Below, piece after piece: positions 47,748 to 59,150 of a DNA stretch of 64,000 nucleotides. The stretch's first letter is position 1. Every line of letters starts with the position of its first letter. The DNA is from Myxococcota bacterium (GTDB lineage Bacteria; Myxococcota_A; UBA9160; UBA4427): NCBI GenBank assembly GCA_965250285.1, contig OZ252299.1, positions 4,064,001 to 4,128,000 of the forward strand, written 5' to 3'. Under the pieces are notes generated by a model, which was given only the letters and a program-made list of their open reading frames with translations, was not told the DNA's origin and made no database searches. The translations under genes and the position numbers were made by a program.

Positions 47748-49132
47748 GACGGATCGAAGAGCCGCGACCAGAGGCAGGCCATCCCCCAGGCCGCGGGCAC
47801 GATCATCAGCGCTTCGAGGAGCAGCCTGAAACGCGCCGACGTGATGATCCCGCCGAGCGCCACGACCAGGCCGAGTGCAGCCGCAACGACCAGCCAGTCA
47901 GGCCCGCGCGGCCGACCCCAGAAGCCGAGCCCCACCCCCGAGAGCACCGCGAGCCCGAGATAGGGCAGCCGGTAGGGCAAGGCGAACGAGCGTGGATTCG
48001 TGTCGTCGAACCACGCGATCATCGCGAGCCGTCGCAGGACCATCTTCGGGTATTGGGCGGGCGCTGCGGCCAGCTCGCGGCGAATCCGCTCGCCGAACCA
48101 TGCCATGCGCGCCCGCTCATCGGGGAGCGCCTGCAGCGCCTCGACCTCTTCCGCCGCGAGCCGCGTGTCGACGCTCACCGCTTGGCGACGCGCTGCTTCG
48201 AGGCCCGACTCGAGGTCGGCTCCGCCGATGCGCCAACGCAGTGTCGCCGCCGTCGCAGCTTCGACGGGCCGCTTGTCGGTGCCCGATGCCCCGACGTGGT
48301 TGCCCTGCCAGAACACGTACCAGAACGAGCTCTTGATGAAGGTCGGCGCACCGAGTGCGCCGGTGTTGCGGGCGACCCAGGGCAGCACGCAGAGCGCCGC
48401 CACGAGAGGCACCCACACGACGTGGGGTGCGAAGCGTCGAGCCGAAGGCGGCGCTCCCTCGCCGGTCGGTCGCGCGAACCCACCGAGCGCGAGCGGCCAC
48501 CACGCCAGACCGAGCGGCAACGCGAGGATCGGCTCGCCGAGACAGGCGACACCGACCCCGAGGCCCGCCTCGATGGCGCGACGTCGGCTCGGGCGCTGGG
48601 CGGTCCGCGCGAACAGGCCCAACACGAAGAGCAGCATGCAGACCGACCAGGCGATCGACTGGATGCGCGTCGCCATGTACACGAAGGCAGGCGCCAATGC
48701 GAAGCCGGCGAGGGCCAGCTGCTGCCAGGCGGCGACGCGGGTGGGCGATTCGGCAGGATCGGACGTGAGGCGACGTTCGCCGAGCAACCCCACGAGCCAG
48801 GCGAGCCCCATCAGACCGGGCACGCAGAGCGCGGCCATCACGAGCTGCGCCGCCAGCGTCGCCGCGGGCGTCGCGACGCCGAAGATCGCGTAGCAGAGGG
48901 CCAGCAGCGCGGGAATCACCGGCGCCTGGGTGGCCGTCGGACCGGCCTCGAGGGCATAGAAGGGAAACGCGAAGCCGCCGCCCGAAACGAGCTGGCGCGC
49001 GATGACGTCGTGCTCGTACGCACCGGCGGCGGCCGGCCCACCGGTCCAGGTGCCGAGCAGCACAATCGCGGCCAACCGAACGCACAACGCGAGCCCGATC
49101 CATGCCGCGAGCTGACGCTCCGATCGCTTCAC
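47711..49132 (-). CDS. GT-C fold (ArnT/PMT-like) membrane glycosyltransferase
   Basis: Multiple TMs. YEHDVIARQLVSGGGF, TATQAPVIP.LLA..Y..FG, LPWVARN, ARFRLLLE. Confidence 0.72.
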   Translation of the reverse strand: MKRSERQLAAWIGLALCVRLAAIVLLGTWTGGPAAAGAYEHDVIARQLVSGGGFAFPFYALEAGPTATQAPVIPALLALCYAIFGVATPAATLAAQLVMAALCVPGLMGLAWLVGLLGERRLTSDPAESPTRVAAWQQLALAGFALAPAFVYMATRIQSIAWSVCMLLFVLGLFARTAQRPSRRRAIEAGLGVGVACLGEPILALPLGLAWWPLALGGFARPTGEGAPPSARRFAPHVVWVPLVAALCVLPWVARNTGALGAPTFIKSSFWYVFWQGNHVGASGTDKRPVEAATAATLRWRIGGADLESGLEAARRQAVSVDTRLAAEEVEALQALPDERARMAWFGERIRRELAAAPAQYPKMVLRRLAMIAWFDDTNPRSFALPYRLPYLGLAVLSGVGLGFWGRPRGPDWLVVAAALGLVVALGGIITSARFRLLLEALMIVPAAWGMACLWSRLFDPSQSSAERSRSMR

Positions 49133-49185
49133 GCCATCAGCCCAGTCGCTCGACAGACTTCGTGCATGCGATCAGCCGGCGCCGG

Positions 49186-49566
49186 TCAGGTGTCAAATGA
49201 CGGAAACGGGCCTCGCGCTTCGCGCGGCATCAGCGCGTCGCGCATCGGCACGGCCTCGTTGACCGTCACGATGTAGACGACCTTCTCGTTCACTTCACCC
49301 TCGGCGTGCCATGCGCCTTTCGGGATCACCAGCCGATCACCCGGTCCGATCGGCACGCGCTGCTCGTCTTCGTCGAGCAGATACGTCTCACCCTCGATCA
49401 CGTAGCCGATGATGTCGTAGTCGTGGTAGTGCACGGGCAGCTCGGGGGAGCGGCCCGAAAGGAACGTCGTGGGCCAGAAGCCCGTCTTGCGAATGTCGTC
49501 CATCACGTCGGAGCGTGTCTCGAAGTAGTTCTTGTCGACGACCATCTTCGGTTCGGGTTCGGACAT
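49186..49566 (-). CDS. Cupin domain protein
   Basis: HYHDYDIIGYVIEG and GPGDRLVIPKGAWHAE. Confidence 0.85.
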   Translation of the reverse strand: MSEPEPKMVVDKNYFETRSDVMDDIRKTGFWPTTFLSGRSPELPVHYHDYDIIGYVIEGETYLLDEDEQRVPIGPGDRLVIPKGAWHAEGEVNEKVVYIVTVNEAVPMRDALMPREARGPFPSFDT

Positions 49567-49664
49567 CGGTCGTGTCTCCATCAAATGCGTCGCTCTGCGC
49601 GAGTGCGAGCGCGTGACAAGAGGGTACGTCGGTGCGCGGGCTTCCTGCTAGCGTCTCGATCACG

Positions 49665-50966
49665 ATGAGAGCCGGCGCACGTCAAGGCGAGAATTGCATC
49701 GGAAGACGGCGTGTCGGCCGACTCGACGAGACGCCCCGACCCGTTCGGGCGGTTGCCCTCTCCGCCGCGTTCGCGCTCGCCCCCGCGCTCGCCCTTGCCG
49801 TCGCCCTCGCCCTTGCCCTCGCCCCCGCGCTCGGCCATGCCGACGTGGCGGCCGCGGCGGGGCTCGTTCCGCTGCCGCCGCATCCGGCCGAGGTCACGTG
49901 GCCGACCGAGTCGTGGCCCGAAGCCCCGTTCCCACACGACGTCGATCAGGCCGCATTCGACGAGGCCGAGGCGCAGCTCTTCGAGAGCACGGGTCGCACG
50001 GGCGTGCCCGACACACGCGCCCTGTTGATCGTGCGAGACGGTCGCATCGTATTCGAACGGTACGGCGAGGGCTTCGACGCAAGCAGTCGGTTCCAGTCAT
50101 GGTCGATGGCCAAGAGCATCACGAACGCCTTCGTCGCACTGCTCGTCCGCGATGGGCAGCTCGAGCTCGATGCGCCGGCGCTCGTCGAGGCGTGGCAGGG
50201 CGATGGCGATCCGCGTGGCGCGATCACGCTGCGCCACCTGCTCCAGATGCGCAGCGGCCTCGACAACGACGATGGCTTTGGGGCCGACGACATGACCGAC
50301 TCGTTCGTCTCGCGGCTGCTGTTCGGCCCCGGCTCGAGCTCGCCCGCGGCGTACGCGTCCGACGTACCCCTCGCGCATCCGGTGGGTGAGCATTGGGCCT
50401 ACTCGACCGGTTCGAGCACGTTGCTCGCCGCGATCGCCGGCGAGGCCGTCGGCGACGGGGCACCTGACACCCTGGCGTTCCTGCGCGCGCGCCTCTTCGA
50501 ACCGCTCGGCATGCACAGCGCCCAGCCCGAGTTCGCACCCAGCGGCGAGTTCATCGGCGGGGCGTTCATGCACGCCAACGCCCGGGACTGGGCGCGCTTC
50601 GGCTACCTCTATCTGCGCGACGGTACGTGGGCCGGCGAGCGCCTGCTGCCCGAAGGCTGGGTCGACTTCAGCCGCACGCCGAGCCCGGCCTCGAACAACG
50701 GCATCCACGGGGCCCACTTCTGGCTCAACGGAGAGCCCGGCCCGGAGCAGTGGGTCGTGCTGCCCGGCGCGCCCGAGTCGGCGTTCATGGCCGAGGGCGC
50801 GATGTTCCAGATGGTCGCAATCATCCCCACCAAGGATCTGGTCGTCGTGCGACTCGGCGAGTCGCAGGGCAAGGATCACAAGGTGCTGCGTGAAGACCTC
50901 GCTCGGCTGATCGCGGCTTTTCCGGAGCGAGCGGGCGCAGCCCCGGACACCGGAGCGGAGCGATGA
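49665..50966 (+). CDS. Serine hydrolase, beta-lactamase class C/NylB-like (start uncertain)
   Basis: SWSMAKS (SxxK), LRHLLQMRSGL, WAYSTG, ARDWARFGYLYLRDG.W. Ala/Leu-rich signal region. Confidence 0.9.
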   Translation: MRAGARQGENCIGRRRVGRLDETPRPVRAVALSAAFALAPALALAVALALALAPALGHADVAAAAGLVPLPPHPAEVTWPTESWPEAPFPHDVDQAAFDEAEAQLFESTGRTGVPDTRALLIVRDGRIVFERYGEGFDASSRFQSWSMAKSITNAFVALLVRDGQLELDAPALVEAWQGDGDPRGAITLRHLLQMRSGLDNDDGFGADDMTDSFVSRLLFGPGSSSPAAYASDVPLAHPVGEHWAYSTGSSTLLAAIAGEAVGDGAPDTLAFLRARLFEPLGMHSAQPEFAPSGEFIGGAFMHANARDWARFGYLYLRDGTWAGERLLPEGWVDFSRTPSPASNNGIHGAHFWLNGEPGPEQWVVLPGAPESAFMAEGAMFQMVAIIPTKDLVVVRLGESQGKDHKVLREDLARLIAAFPERAGAAPDTGAER

Positions 50967-51271
50967 AGCGATGGTTGATCGCTGGCGCGGGGGTCGCCGT
51001 GCTCATCGCAGTCATCGTCGTGTGGACCGAGCTCGTCGTTCCGACCCGCAAGGCCGTCGGCATCGGCACGAGCATGCTCGCGAAGCAGATGTGCTCCTGC
51101 ATGTTCGTCGCCGGCCGAAGTCAAGCCGACTGCCGCGCGGATCAATTCTCGACGATGGATTCGATCGACGTCGAGATCGACCGGGACGCCCGTCTGGTGC
51201 GCGCGTCCGTGCCGGTGCTCGGCGAGCGCAGCGCCGCCTATTCGGAGGATTTCGGATGCATGCTCCGCTGA
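50963..51271 (+). CDS. Small membrane-anchored Cys-containing protein resembling the N-terminal domain of some serine hydrolases
   Basis: ATGA overlap. TM, AKQMCSCMFVAGR, A.Y....GC.L. Confidence 0.75.
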   Translation: MKRWLIAGAGVAVLIAVIVVWTELVVPTRKAVGIGTSMLAKQMCSCMFVAGRSQADCRADQFSTMDSIDVEIDRDARLVRASVPVLGERSAAYSEDFGCMLR

Positions 51272-51723
51272 ATGCCCGCGGTTGGATCCTGCTCGGAGCC
51301 ATCGCCAGCCTGGCCGCTTGCAGCGGCCCTTGCGGGCTCCTGCCTGGAGGCGCCCTCGTCGGCGCCGAGAAGCCCGTGCCCTCGAGCTTCGCCTTTGCGG
51401 GCGACGCAGGGACGATGCAGCTCGAGACGAATCCCACCGAGCCATACTCGGTCAACATTGCGTACACGTTCGTCGACGATGTCTTCTACATTAATGCTGG
51501 AGACACCGAGACGCAGTGGGTGAAGCACATCGACGCGAACCCCGACGTCCGGGTGCGCATCGACGGAACGCTCTACGAGATGCGGGCGGAGCGCGTGCGC
51601 GACGCCGATGAGATCGCGAAGTTCGGCGAGGCGTGGACCAACCAGTCCGTCTTTCGGCGAGATCCCACGGCGTTCGATGAGGTTTGGATCTACCGACTGA
51701 CCGCGCGACCCGAGGCGTCGTGA
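51256..51723 (+). CDS. Lipoprotein with split-barrel (DUF2255/nitroreductase-like) domain
   Basis: GGAGG RBS. Lipobox LAAC; PYSVNI, WVKHIDANPDVRVRIDG.LY..RA. Confidence 0.7.
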   Translation: MHAPLNARGWILLGAIASLAACSGPCGLLPGGALVGAEKPVPSSFAFAGDAGTMQLETNPTEPYSVNIAYTFVDDVFYINAGDTETQWVKHIDANPDVRVRIDGTLYEMRAERVRDADEIAKFGEAWTNQSVFRRDPTAFDEVWIYRLTARPEAS

Positions 51724-52079
51724 GTCCCCTCGGCGCCGACAGGCTGGCCAAGCTGCGCGCGCAGCTCGAAGACCTGGTGCGCAGCCTGCGAGAGCAGATC
51801 GACGGGACGCGCGAAGCGGCCGAGCCCGTCGACCTCGACGAGCCGATCGGTCGCGTCTCGCGCATGGACGCGATCCAGGAGCAGAGCATGGTCCAGGCGA
51901 ACCGAAGCGCGGCGCAGCGACGACTGGCGCTCGCCCGTGCCGCCCTGGAGCGGCTCGAGGAAGACGAGTACGGAGACTGTGCGAGCTGCGGCGAGGAGAT
52001 CGCGCCGGCCCGGCTCGAAGCGTCACCCGAGGCCGCGCTCTGTGTCGAATGTCAGGGACGACGCGAGTCGCGCCGCTGA
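51720..52079 (+). CDS. TraR/DksA C4-type zinc finger protein
   Basis: GTGA overlap. GRVSRMDA, YGDCASCGEEI...RLEA.PEA.LCVEC. Confidence 0.9.
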   Translation: MSPLGADRLAKLRAQLEDLVRSLREQIDGTREAAEPVDLDEPIGRVSRMDAIQEQSMVQANRSAAQRRLALARAALERLEEDEYGDCASCGEEIAPARLEASPEAALCVECQGRRESRR

Positions 52080-52107
52080 AGTCGGGGCATCTTGACCGCC
52101 GCGCCCC

Positions 52108-53607
52108 TCATGTCCCCACCTGACGCCGGCGTTCGAGCTCGGCGAGGATCTCCTGATGCCGGGCCCGCGTGATGCGGTAGCCGCGCAGGAAGACGAGGCT
52201 CAGCAGATACAGCACGAACATGCACGGCCCGACGGCCAGCCCGAGCAGAAAGACCTTGTCGGGGGGCACATCGGTGGGCGCCGCCTGCTTTGGGAACGAC
52301 ACGACGTCGAGCGCGACCCCCGCAACGAAGCCGCCGAGACCCGACACGGCCTTGCCGGCGAACGCGATGGCCGATGAGAACATGCCCTCCTGGCGCTTGC
52401 CGTTCTCGAGCTCGCCCTCGTCGATCACGTCCGCGATCATCGACGAGAGGATGATGCCGATCATGATCACGGCCGCGACGAGCACCACGCTGTGGACGAT
52501 GAGGAGGGGGAGCAGCGCGGGGTGGCCGTTCGGCGGGAACCATCCGATCAGTCGCAGGAAGATCGGCAGCGGGCCCCACACGATCGCCGCGCCGGCCATG
52601 ATCAGCGCCGTGCGGCGCTTCTCGAACTTCTGACTCACCGGCCGGGCCAGACCGACTCCCACGAGGAGCGCGATCAGCAGGAAGAGCGCCATGGTCGCGA
52701 TCTGCTCGGAGCTGAGCCCCCAGAAGTAGGTCGACATGTAGAGGCCGACGACGTCGTTGAAGCCGCCCGCGACCGATGCGAAGAGCAGCCCGATCACCAG
52801 CATGAAGTAGGAGCGGTTTCGGAATACGTCTCGCATCTCACCGACGATGCGTCGCAGCGAGAAGGGCTCCGACTCGGGAGGCGACTTCAGCCGCGGGATC
52901 AGGCGGTGGGTGCCCAGGCTGCAGACCAGGATCGCGACCACGATGGCGACGGCGCTCACCAGCGCGTAGCCCCCGTAGGCCGCCGCATCGAGCCGACCGT
53001 CCTCGAGCCCCGGCTTTGCGACGAAGAAGAACCGGTAGCCGACCTGTCCGATCGCGATGCCACCGATCCAGCCGAAGAAGAATCGCCAGGATACGAGCGT
53101 CGTGCGCACGTCGTAGTCGGACGTGAGCTCGGCAGTCATCGAATTGCTCGGGATCGAGTAGAAGGTCATCGACGTCCGCACGGCGATCGCGAACACGGTG
53201 AACCAGGCGAAGAGACCCGTCTCGGTGAGCCCTTCAGGCGGATTGAAGAGCAACCAGATCGAGAGGCCCATGGGCAGCGCGGACGCGTACATGAAGGGGT
53301 GCCGTCGCCCCCAACGCGAGTGGAGGTTGTCGGACAGCGACCCGACGAGTGGGTCGGTGATCGCATCGACGCAGAGCGCCAGAAAGATCGCCGCGCCCGA
53401 GAGGGTCCCCGAAAGGCCCAGCACCGCGTTGTAGTAGAAGAGCAGGAACGTGTTGAACGCGGTGTTCTTCACGCCCTCGGAAACCGAGCCGAAGCCGTAC
53501 GCGACCTGAGCCGTGAACGGCACGCGGTCGCCTGCCGAAGCGCTCGGCGCCTCGGCGCCGCCACCGGGACCGGCTTCGACGGGCGGCCCTTCGGCCTCGG
53601 TCGTCAT
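52108..53607 (-). CDS. MFS transporter, GPH/MelB-like
   Basis: [45 protein letters not shown]...GKRQEG.F. Confidence 0.92.
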   Translation of the reverse strand: MTTEAEGPPVEAGPGGGAEAPSASAGDRVPFTAQVAYGFGSVSEGVKNTAFNTFLLFYYNAVLGLSGTLSGAAIFLALCVDAITDPLVGSLSDNLHSRWGRRHPFMYASALPMGLSIWLLFNPPEGLTETGLFAWFTVFAIAVRTSMTFYSIPSNSMTAELTSDYDVRTTLVSWRFFFGWIGGIAIGQVGYRFFFVAKPGLEDGRLDAAAYGGYALVSAVAIVVAILVCSLGTHRLIPRLKSPPESEPFSLRRIVGEMRDVFRNRSYFMLVIGLLFASVAGGFNDVVGLYMSTYFWGLSSEQIATMALFLLIALLVGVGLARPVSQKFEKRRTALIMAGAAIVWGPLPIFLRLIGWFPPNGHPALLPLLIVHSVVLVAAVIMIGIILSSMIADVIDEGELENGKRQEGMFSSAIAFAGKAVSGLGGFVAGVALDVVSFPKQAAPTDVPPDKVFLLGLAVGPCMFVLYLLSLVFLRGYRITRARHQEILAELERRRQVGT

Positions 53608-55427
53608 CCGCGGCTGAACTCGATCCCGTCGAAGTCGCCGGCTTCTCGCCAGGCCTTGAGGATGCCGAAGTACTCGATCGACCCGCCGCCGTACGGCGCG
53701 CCTTCCGCCGCGCGCGGGTTCGGCTTGCCCTCGTTGTTGTAGTAGCCCGGCGTGCACTCGCCGCCGGCCGCGGCGGCCGGGCCGCCGGTCGCCTTCGACA
53801 CGATCACGTCGGCCCACGCCTTCTCGGCCTCGGGGGTCGGCTCGATCACCTTGCTCCCGGTCTCCATCGCGTGTTTCACGAGGTGTGCAATGTGCGTCGA
53901 GACCTCGTCGAGCATGTGCGGGTAGTTGGCGGTGAAGCCGCCCTGCATGATGCTCATGATGAAGCAGTTCGGATGGTCATGGGTCATGATGCCGTGCAGG
54001 GTGCGAATGCCGTCCTGATCCCACTTCTCGGTCATCGTGCGACCATCGCGACCGATGATCTCGTAGCCGGCGCGCCGTGCGTACGACGTGCCGACCTCGA
54101 AGCCGGTGGCGAAGATGATGCAGTCGACCGGATACTCGACGCCGCCCACGACGATGCCATCTTTCGTGATCCGCTCGACGCCCTGGCCGTCGGTATCGAC
54201 GAGCTCGACGTTCGGCCGGTTGAAGGTCTGCAGGTACTCGTCGTGGAAGCACGGCCGCTTGCAGAACATCGCGTAGTAGGGCTTGAGCGCTTCGGCGGTC
54301 TCGGCATCGCCCACGATCTCTTCGGCGCGAGCGCGGATCTCGTTCATCTTCTCGAAGTTCGCCAGCTCGAGCATCTCGGGCAGGGAACGCCCGCTGCCGT
54401 CCCCACCCGAGCGGAACATCCGCATCATCTTGCCGATCAGATCGGTCCAGCCGTCGTCGACGAGGTCGACGGGCTGCGGCACGCCCGAGACGAGCGCGTT
54501 GAAGTTCTCCATGCGCTCGCGGTGCCAGCCGGGCTCGAGGCTACCCGCCCAATCGGGATCGGTGGGTCGATTGTCTCGCACGTCGACGCCCGAGGGCGTC
54601 CTCTGGAACAGGTAGAGCTGCTTCGCCGCCGCGCCGACGTGCGGCACGACCTGAACGGCGGTCGCACCGGTGCCGATGATGGCGACGCGCTTGTCGGCCA
54701 GCCCGTCGAGATCGCCATCGGGTGAGCCCCCGGTGTAGTCGTAGTCCCAGCGGCTGGTGTGGAACGTGTGCCCCTCGAACTCGGTGATGCCGGGGATCCC
54801 GGGCAGCTTCGGCCGGTGCAGGGGGCCGTTCGCCATCGCGACGAACCTCGCGCGGATCTCGTCGCCTCGATTGGTCGTCACGATCCAGCGCGCGGCGGCG
54901 TCGTCCCAGCGCATGCCCGTGACTTCGGTCTGGAAGAGCGCACCGTCGTAGAGATCGTAGTGACGCGCGATCGCCCGACTGTGCGCCAGGATCTCGGGGG
55001 CGTGCACGTACTTCTCGGTCGGGACGTAGTCGAGCTCTTCGAGCAGCGGCAGGTAGACGTACGACTCGACGTCGCACTGTGCACCGGGGTAACGATTCCA
55101 ATACCAGGTGCCGCCGAAGTCTCCGCCCTTCTCGATCAGGACGATGTCTTCGACGCCGGCTTCGCGCAGCCTCGCCCCCGCCTGCAGGCCGCCGAAGCCA
55201 CCTCCGATCAGTACGACGTCGTGCTCAGCCGAGATCGGTGCGCGCTCGAAGCCCGGGTCGACGTAGGGGTCTTCGACGTAGTGACCGAACTCGCCCTTCA
55301 CCTCGATGTACTGCTCGTTGCCGTCGTCACGCAGACGCTTCTCGCGCTCGACGCGGTACTTCTCACGCAGCGCGACGATGTCGAAGTCGATGTCATTGCC
55401 TTCGGGTGCTTCGGGGCTGCTGCTCAT
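53604..55427 (-). CDS. Type I Baeyer-Villiger monooxygenase
   Basis: [30 protein letters not shown] fingerprint, IGTGATA, ATGF. Confidence 0.95.
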   Translation of the reverse strand: MSSSPEAPEGNDIDFDIVALREKYRVEREKRLRDDGNEQYIEVKGEFGHYVEDPYVDPGFERAPISAEHDVVLIGGGFGGLQAGARLREAGVEDIVLIEKGGDFGGTWYWNRYPGAQCDVESYVYLPLLEELDYVPTEKYVHAPEILAHSRAIARHYDLYDGALFQTEVTGMRWDDAAARWIVTTNRGDEIRARFVAMANGPLHRPKLPGIPGITEFEGHTFHTSRWDYDYTGGSPDGDLDGLADKRVAIIGTGATAVQVVPHVGAAAKQLYLFQRTPSGVDVRDNRPTDPDWAGSLEPGWHRERMENFNALVSGVPQPVDLVDDGWTDLIGKMMRMFRSGGDGSGRSLPEMLELANFEKMNEIRARAEEIVGDAETAEALKPYYAMFCKRPCFHDEYLQTFNRPNVELVDTDGQGVERITKDGIVVGGVEYPVDCIIFATGFEVGTSYARRAGYEIIGRDGRTMTEKWDQDGIRTLHGIMTHDHPNCFIMSIMQGGFTANYPHMLDEVSTHIAHLVKHAMETGSKVIEPTPEAEKAWADVIVSKATGGPAAAAGGECTPGYYNNEGKPNPRAAEGAPYGGGSIEYFGILKAWREAGDFDGIEFSRG

Positions 55428-57544
55428 GATCCTCCTCTCGCTCCTGTCGCGGTCGGGGGGGCTTGCGGTCGGGCTGTCGTCGAGGCCGACTCGATCCCCA
55501 TCTTCGGTGCGGTGTCGGGCCGAATCCAGATGGGCGAGCTCCAGGCCCGCTCCTGAATCGTACGCGGTAGATCGCTGCGTGGCTCGACGCCGACGCGCAA
55601 CGCGTCCCAGGTCGACCAGCGGCACGTCGGGTTCTCGAGGGCACGCGCGTAATAGAAGGCACGCTGCCCCTTGCGCCAGCTCGGGTCTCGCCAGGCGACG
55701 CGGAGTTCGCCGGCGCCGCGATCCGTCGAAATGGCGCAGGTATCGGGATCGACCTTGGCCCCGTTATCGGGGCAGCGATGGGTACTCGGGTCGACGCGGC
55801 CGCCATCGGTACAGGCGACGTCGAAGACGCGCTCCCGCGTCTCGCCGTCGTTGTCGACCCAGCCCTTCACGATCTGCACTCGCTGGAGCGGCGCCGTGGT
55901 CGGGTCGGCGAACGCCCAGACGAGGAAGCTCGGCGCCGAATCGACGCCGTCGAGTTCGCCGCCCATCGCCACGCCCTCGGCATACGCGCGCTCGACGACG
56001 TCGGGTGCGTCGATCAGCTCGCGGTCGTAGTAGTGGGCGCCGAAGAAGCGCAGCCGGATGCGCGGGCCCGACGTTGCGAAGGTCTCCTTGCGACGGAACG
56101 CGTCGTAGATCGACGCTCGCGTGTTCTCCTCGGCCCAGACTCCGGCGAGCCCCGATGCGCCGTACGTCGGCGAAGCGCTCGACGTGTAGAGCTTGCCGTC
56201 GACCTCCTTCCCGAACTCGGGCGCGACGAGGCGAACCGCGAGCGAGCTCCAGAAGCCCATGGGCGTCGAGCCGCGCAGGTCGGGTGTCGCGTCGAGGAGG
56301 CCGATCTTGGCGAAATAGTCTGACTCGTCGATCGAGGCGGCGGCGGTGTGCGTGTCACTCGAGCCGATCACGCCGAACGCATAGGGGTTGGTCACGCCGC
56401 GCGACTCGAAGGCGATGCCTTCGCGCAGCGCGTCTCGCACGTAGCTACCCTTCGGCTCGCTGAGCATCATGGTCGCCACGCGGTAGGGCATGATCTCGAA
56501 GTCGGCCCACTCGTCACGCGCCGACAGCACCGGGTGGGTCTCCGAGGTGCCCTTCACCTGGGTGATCTCGACGAGGGGCTCATTGCGAACCCGCTGGCGC
56601 GCGTAGGCGTCGTCGATCGGGTCGCCCGCCCAATCCTCGAGCTTGAACATCTGCCCGTTCGAGCCGTTCGAGTTGTGCGGGATCGCGAGCGCCTCGATCC
56701 CCTGGGCGCGCAGGCCGTCGAGCCAGTCCCACAGACCTTCCGGGTTCTGCGAGTGGAATCTCGAAAACGGCACCGCCGGCAGCCGGTCGCTCCCGCGGAA
56801 GATCACGTTGCGGTGCAGGTTGCCGCGGTCGTCGCTCGACGTCGTGTACTCATAGGCGACGAAGGTCGTGAATCGGCCGGGCACGTTGTGGCGCTCGGCC
56901 GCCTCGATCGAGTCGCGCCAGGCGCTGCGGGTGATGTCGAGGGTCTCTTGGCGGTCGAGCTCACCCCGGTCGATGGCTTCGAGCAGGCTCGGCAGGAAGC
57001 CGGCGAACGTGCGAACACGTCGGAAGAGACTCAGCAGATCGTCGCTGTTGTCGGCGTTCAGATCGTTGAGGGGCTTGCCCACCTCGGTCTGCGAGAAGGC
57101 GGTCGACGTGTCGCCCGCGGCCGCTGCGGCCCCCATGAACATCGCGTGGTCGGTGACGGCGTAGAAGTCGAGGGGCTCACCCAGCTGGACCTCGAAGCCC
57201 GCCGGGTGCTCGATCGCCTCGCCGCGCGCATAGCGGTACGCATCGTCGGGCGTCGCCATCGTGCCGAACGCATACGCATCGAACGAGTAGGTGGTGTGGA
57301 CGTGCAGATCCCCGAAGAAGGCTTCGCGGGTGGCGCCCCGCGACGGCTCGAGGTCGAGGATCTCGCCGTCGTCGACGAAGACGTTCGAGACCGACAGGCG
57401 GCGCATCAGGTCGTTGCTGTCCTCGTCGGTCTGCATGAGCGGCTCGGGCTCGCCGGAGCAACCGATGAGCGCCCCCAGCGCCGCGAGCAGAAGGGGCCAG
57501 ACGCGGCGAGCGATGCGGCGGGAGGGGGGCGCACACGGGACCAC
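55424..57544 (-). CDS. DUF3604 domain (PHP-like) lipoprotein
   Basis: Lipobox [67 protein letters not shown]. Confidence 0.9.
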   Translation of the reverse strand: MVPCAPPSRRIARRVWPLLLAALGALIGCSGEPEPLMQTDEDSNDLMRRLSVSNVFVDDGEILDLEPSRGATREAFFGDLHVHTTYSFDAYAFGTMATPDDAYRYARGEAIEHPAGFEVQLGEPLDFYAVTDHAMFMGAAAAAGDTSTAFSQTEVGKPLNDLNADNSDDLLSLFRRVRTFAGFLPSLLEAIDRGELDRQETLDITRSAWRDSIEAAERHNVPGRFTTFVAYEYTTSSDDRGNLHRNVIFRGSDRLPAVPFSRFHSQNPEGLWDWLDGLRAQGIEALAIPHNSNGSNGQMFKLEDWAGDPIDDAYARQRVRNEPLVEITQVKGTSETHPVLSARDEWADFEIMPYRVATMMLSEPKGSYVRDALREGIAFESRGVTNPYAFGVIGSSDTHTAAASIDESDYFAKIGLLDATPDLRGSTPMGFWSSLAVRLVAPEFGKEVDGKLYTSSASPTYGASGLAGVWAEENTRASIYDAFRRKETFATSGPRIRLRFFGAHYYDRELIDAPDVVERAYAEGVAMGGELDGVDSAPSFLVWAFADPTTAPLQRVQIVKGWVDNDGETRERVFDVACTDGGRVDPSTHRCPDNGAKVDPDTCAISTDRGAGELRVAWRDPSWRKGQRAFYYARALENPTCRWSTWDALRVGVEPRSDLPRTIQERAWSSPIWIRPDTAPKMGIESASTTARPQAPPTATGARGGS

Positions 57545-57729
57545 GAGGGCTCCTTCTCAGTACCGGACGGCGGGCCGCGCTCGGGCCCGCACGGGGTGGG
57601 CTGTGGAGGTTGACCGAAGACGGGTTGGGCTGCAATTTCGCCCCCCGACTGCCGAAGAGACCCTGGAAGGCGGTCTCCGCGACGAGACCCGCGCCCGACC
57701 CGAACCGCTCCCCACGGAGAATTCAAGCC

Positions 57730-59085
57730 ATGACGGCCTCGACCACCCTCGGCGACACCCCCGCGAAGCCCTGGGGCTCGGTCCCGAAGGATCGCTTCAT
57801 CGACACCCTGCGCGCGATGCCTCGCATTCGCCGCGACATGCTGGGGGTCGTGAGCGAGCGGCACGAACGTCATGGCCCGGTGGTGCGACAGAGCCAGGGG
57901 CCGATCCGCACCGTGAACCTCTTCGGCCCCGACGCCAATCGCCTCGTGCTGCTCGACCGCGACGGCATCTTCTCGGCGAAGGGCTCCTGGGATCTCATCA
58001 TGGGCCGAATCTTCACCAACGGCCTGCTCCTTCGGGACGGCGAAGACCACCGCTTCCATCGCCGACTCATGCGCGAGGCGTTCCGGACGCCCGCACTCCA
58101 GGCCTATCTCGATGCGATGAACGACGCGCTCATTCCGTGGGCCGAAGAGCTGGCGCAGCGCGGCGGTCAGATCGAGGCGTTCCCGACGATCAAGCAGATG
58201 ACCCTCGACATGGCTTGCCGCATCTTCCTCGGCCTGCCAGCGAACGAGGACAACACGAAGCTCAACAAGGCCTTCGAGGCGACCGTGGCGGCGTCGATGT
58301 CACTGGTCCGTCTGCCGATCCCCGGCCTCGAGTTCAATCGCGGACTCGAGGGCCGCAAATACATGATCGAGCGCTTCACGCGCCTCATCGAGGAACGCCG
58401 CAGCGGCGCAACCGGCGGCCCCGACATCTTCACCCGACTGTGTCTTGCAGAAGACGAGAACGGCGACCGTCTCGCCGATCAGGAGATCATCGATCACATG
58501 ATCTTCCTGATGATGGCCGCACACGACACGACGACGAGCGCGCTGACGTCGATGCTCTACGAGCTCGCTGCGAATCCGACGTGGCAGGATCGACTTCGCG
58601 ACGAAACGCGCGCGCTCTCGAAGCCGGCCATCGAGTGGGACGACCTGCTTGAAGTCAAGGATCACGTGCTCGCGATCCAGGAGGTGCTTCGGCGCTACCC
58701 GCCGCTCTCGACGATCCCCCGCATGGCGACTGCCGACTTCGAGTGGCAGGGGTACCAGATCCCGGCGGGCACCATGGTCGTCATCTATCCGATCCACACC
58801 CATCACCTGGATGCGTGGTGGAGCGATCCGTACCGATTCGACCCCGACCGCTTCGCCGAGGGGCGCGAAGAGCACAAGCGTCACAGCCACTCGTACCTGC
58901 CCTTCGGCGGGGGGAATCACATGTGTCTCGGGCTTCGCTTCGCCGAAACGCAGATCAAGGCTGCGCTGTTCCAGCTGCTGCAGAGAGTGCAGATCAGCGT
59001 GCCCGATGGCTACGTGATGCCGGTGCAGCAGGCGCCGATCTCGAAGCCGATGGACGGCCTGCCGCTCACGCTCGAGCGGCTGTAG
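57730..59085 (+). CDS. Cytochrome P450 (CYP136-like)
   Basis: AAHDTT I-helix, EVLR, FDPDRF, FGGGNHMCLG. Confidence 0.95.
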   Translation: MTASTTLGDTPAKPWGSVPKDRFIDTLRAMPRIRRDMLGVVSERHERHGPVVRQSQGPIRTVNLFGPDANRLVLLDRDGIFSAKGSWDLIMGRIFTNGLLLRDGEDHRFHRRLMREAFRTPALQAYLDAMNDALIPWAEELAQRGGQIEAFPTIKQMTLDMACRIFLGLPANEDNTKLNKAFEATVAASMSLVRLPIPGLEFNRGLEGRKYMIERFTRLIEERRSGATGGPDIFTRLCLAEDENGDRLADQEIIDHMIFLMMAAHDTTTSALTSMLYELAANPTWQDRLRDETRALSKPAIEWDDLLEVKDHVLAIQEVLRRYPPLSTIPRMATADFEWQGYQIPAGTMVVIYPIHTHHLDAWWSDPYRFDPDRFAEGREEHKRHSHSYLPFGGGNHMCLGLRFAETQIKAALFQLLQRVQISVPDGYVMPVQQAPISKPMDGLPLTLERL

Positions 59086-59150
59086 CACGACCAGCGCAAC
59101 CGATCGCTTCATGTCGCTCGCGCGCCGGCGCGCTGGCCTACCCTCGCAGC

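Noticed and set aside
47078..49276. 732-aa plus-strand ORF
   Set aside because: Low-complexity Arg-rich frame overlapping two better-supported genes.
49665..50966. Beta-lactamase resistance gene
   Set aside because: SxxK is present, but Y-S-T replaces YxN and there is no KTG, which fits the esterase/amidase branch.
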